This document shows positions 7,344-11,559 of a stretch of 11,559 nt of DNA, one piece after another. This stretch comes from a virus (lineage: Duplodnaviria > Heunggongvirae > Uroviricota > Caudoviricetes). Each line of letters begins with the position of its first letter. Position 1 is the stretch's first letter. The notes beneath the pieces are model-generated. The model had not been told where the DNA came from. It made no database searches and saw only the letters and a program-made list of their open reading frames with translations. The stretch is from the IMG/VR virus record IMGVR_UViG_2877958089_000001; one strand, written 5' to 3'. Made by a program: the position numbers and the translations under genes.

Positions 7344-7538
7344 TCATTCTTCATCACTTTTAATTGATGTATATGCTCTCTTTTCTGACGTTAGCCTCCG
7401 ACGGCAGGCTTCAATGACCCAGGCTGAGAAATTCCCGGACCCTTTTTGATCAAGAGCGATGTTAATTTGTTCAATCATTTGGTTAGGAAAGCGGATGTTG
7501 CGGGTTGTTGTTCTGCGGGTTCTGTTCTTCGTTGACAT
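7344..7538 (-). CDS. ylcI: Small basic protein, DUF3950-like (YlcI-like), 64 aa
   Basis: Complete ORF convergent with ybcW; Arg-rich N-terminus (TRRTTTRNIRFPN). Recognised from memory as the DLP12 ylcI product. Confidence 0.5.
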   Translation of the reverse strand: MSTKNRTRRTTTRNIRFPNQMIEQINIALDQKGSGNFSAWVIEACRRRLTSEKRAYTSIKSDEE

Positions 7539-7699
7539 GAGGTTGCCCCGTATTCAGTGTCGCTGATTTGTATTGTCTGAAGTTGTTTTTACGTTAAGTT
7601 GATGCGGATCAATTAATACGATACCTGCGTCATAATTGATTATTTGACGTGGTTTGATGGCGTAGATGCACGTTGTGACATGTAGATGATAATTATTAT

Positions 7700-7926
7700 C
7701 ATTTTGCGGGTCCTTTCCGGCGATCCGACAGGTTACGGGGCGGCGACCTCGCGGGTTTTCGCTATTTATGAAAATTTTCCGGTTTAAGGCGTTTCCGTTC
7801 TTCTTCGTCATAACTTAATGTTTTTATTTAAAATACCCTCTGAAAAGAAAGGAAACGACAGGTGCTGAAAACGGGCTTTTTGGCCACTGTCGTTTCCTTT
7901 CTCTGTTTTTGTCCGTGGAATGAACA
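7700..7926 (+). other. Lambda-type cos packaging site: cosN 12-nt cohesive-end sequence GGGCGGCGACCT at 7738-7749, cosB region downstream to the Nu1 start, cosQ region upstream
   Basis: ...GATCCGACAGGTTACG/GGGCGGCGACCTCGCGGGTTTTCGCTATTTATGAAAATTTTCCGG... matches the lambda right-end/left-end junction as I recall it; includes the inverted repeat GAAAGGAAACGACAG...CTGTCGTTTCCTTTC just before Nu1. Confidence 0.85.
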
Positions 7927-8446
7927 ATGGAAGTCAACAAAAAGCAGCTGGCTGAAATTTTCGGCGCGAGTATCCGTACCATTCAGAACTGGCAGGAGCA
8001 GGGAATGCCCGTTCTGCGAGGCGGTGGGAAGGGTAATGAGGTGCTTTATGACTCTGCCGCCGTCATAAAATGGTATGCCGAAAGGGATGCTGAAATTGAG
8101 AACGAAAAGCTGCGCCGGGAGGTTGAAGAACTGCGACAGGCCAGCGAGACAGATCTCCAGCCAGGGACTATTGAGTACGAACGCCATCGACTTACGCGTG
8201 CGCAGGCCGACGCACAGGAGCTGAAAAATGCCAGAGACTCCGCTGAAGTGGTGGAAACCGCATTCTGTACTTTCGTGCTGTCGCGGATCGCAGGTGAAAT
8301 TGCCAGTATTCTCGACGGGATCCCCCTGTCGGTGCAGCGGCGTTTTCCGGAACTGGAAAACCGACATGTTGATTTCCTGAAACGGGATATCATCAAAGCC
8401 ATGAACAAAGCAGCCGCGCTGGATGAACTGATACCGGGGTTGCTGA

Positions 8447-8472
<26 letters not shown>
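7927..8472 (+). CDS. nohD: Terminase small subunit (lambda Nu1 homologue), 181 aa
   Basis: Full-length ORF immediately after cosB; N-terminal winged-HTH region MEVNKKQLAEIFGASIRTIQNWQEQGMPV; recognised as lambda Nu1. Confidence 0.95.
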
Positions 8473-10931
<2,459 letters not shown>

Positions 10932-11025
10932 AAACAGCCTATGACAATGCCGAGAAACGTCTGCAGAAAGATCAGAACGGTGCGGATATCCCTGGCAAAG
11001 ACACCTTTACGAAAAATATTGGTGC

Positions 11026-11559
11026 CTGGCCGGAACTAATGAATTTATTGGTGAAGGTGATGCATATATTCCGCCTCATACAGGTCTGCCAGCAAACAGT
11101 ACCGATATTGCACCACCAGATATTCCTGCTGGCTTTGTGGCTGTTTTCAACAGTGATGAGGCATCGTGGCATCTCGTTGAAGATCATCGGGGTAAAACGG
11201 TTTATGACGTGGCTTCCGGCGACGCGTTATTTATTTCTGAACTCGGCTCATTACCGGAAAATGTCACCTGGTTATCCCCGGAAGGGGAGTTTCAGAAGTG
11301 GAACGGCACAGCTTGGGTGAAGGATACGGAAGCAGAAAAACTGTTCCGGATCCGTGAGGCGGAAGAAACAAAAAACAGCCTGATGCAGGTAGCCAGTGAG
11401 CATATAGCGCCGCTTCAGGATGCTGTGGATCTGGAGATCGCAACGGAGGAAGAAACCTTGTTGCTGGAAGCCTGGAAAAAGTATCGGGTGTTGCTGAACC
11501 GTGTTGATACATCAACTGCACCTGATATTGAGTGGCCTACGAACCCTGTCAGGGAGTAA
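11026..11559 (+). pseudogene. tfaD: Tail fibre assembly protein (Tfa) lacking its own N-terminus and start codon; C-terminus complete (stop at 11557-11559)
   Basis: Frame-1 translation [50 protein letters not shown] ... [21 protein letters not shown] matches lambdoid Tfa; no ATG/GTG/TTG in frame between the upstream stop (10942) and GTG 11137. Confidence 0.75.

Noticed and set aside
7554-8367. Minus-strand ORFs of 85 aa and 179 aa across cos and antisense to Nu1
   Set aside because: They overlap the cos site and the Nu1 coding sequence and lack ribosome-binding sites; they are not present as genes in lambda.

Overview
This 11.6-kb window reads as the compacted skeleton of a cryptic lambdoid prophage of the E. 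coli DLP12 type. Identification is from my recollection of lambda and DLP12 protein sequences and the lambda cos sequence, not from any search. Left end: a tyrosine integrase on the minus strand (its stop codon is at bases 1-3), an AlpA/Xis-like gene and two further minus-strand ORFs linked by TAATG stop/start overlaps, running into a 100-N gap. Middle: a low-GC coiled-coil plus zinc-ribbon ORF, a Q-type antiterminator, a tR'-like terminator, an intact OmpC-family porin (nmpC/Lc-like) on the opposite strand, then a lysis cassette (dual-start class II holin, endolysin start codon vanishing into a second 100-N gap, Rz C-terminus with embedded Rz1), bor, and three small conserved ORFs (ybcV/ybcW/ylcI-like). 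Right end: a lambda-type cos site, terminase Nu1 and A, W, and a portal gene B that is cut off after about 103 codons and joined through a short tail-fibre remnant to a tail-fibre assembly gene lacking its N-terminus. No rRNA, tRNA or CRISPR array is visible. I do not see a complete, obviously novel multi-gene system. The best candidates for something undescribed are the coiled-coil/zinc-ribbon ORF upstream of Q and the coupled accessory ORFs upstream of xis, both in classical phage accessory-gene hotspots.
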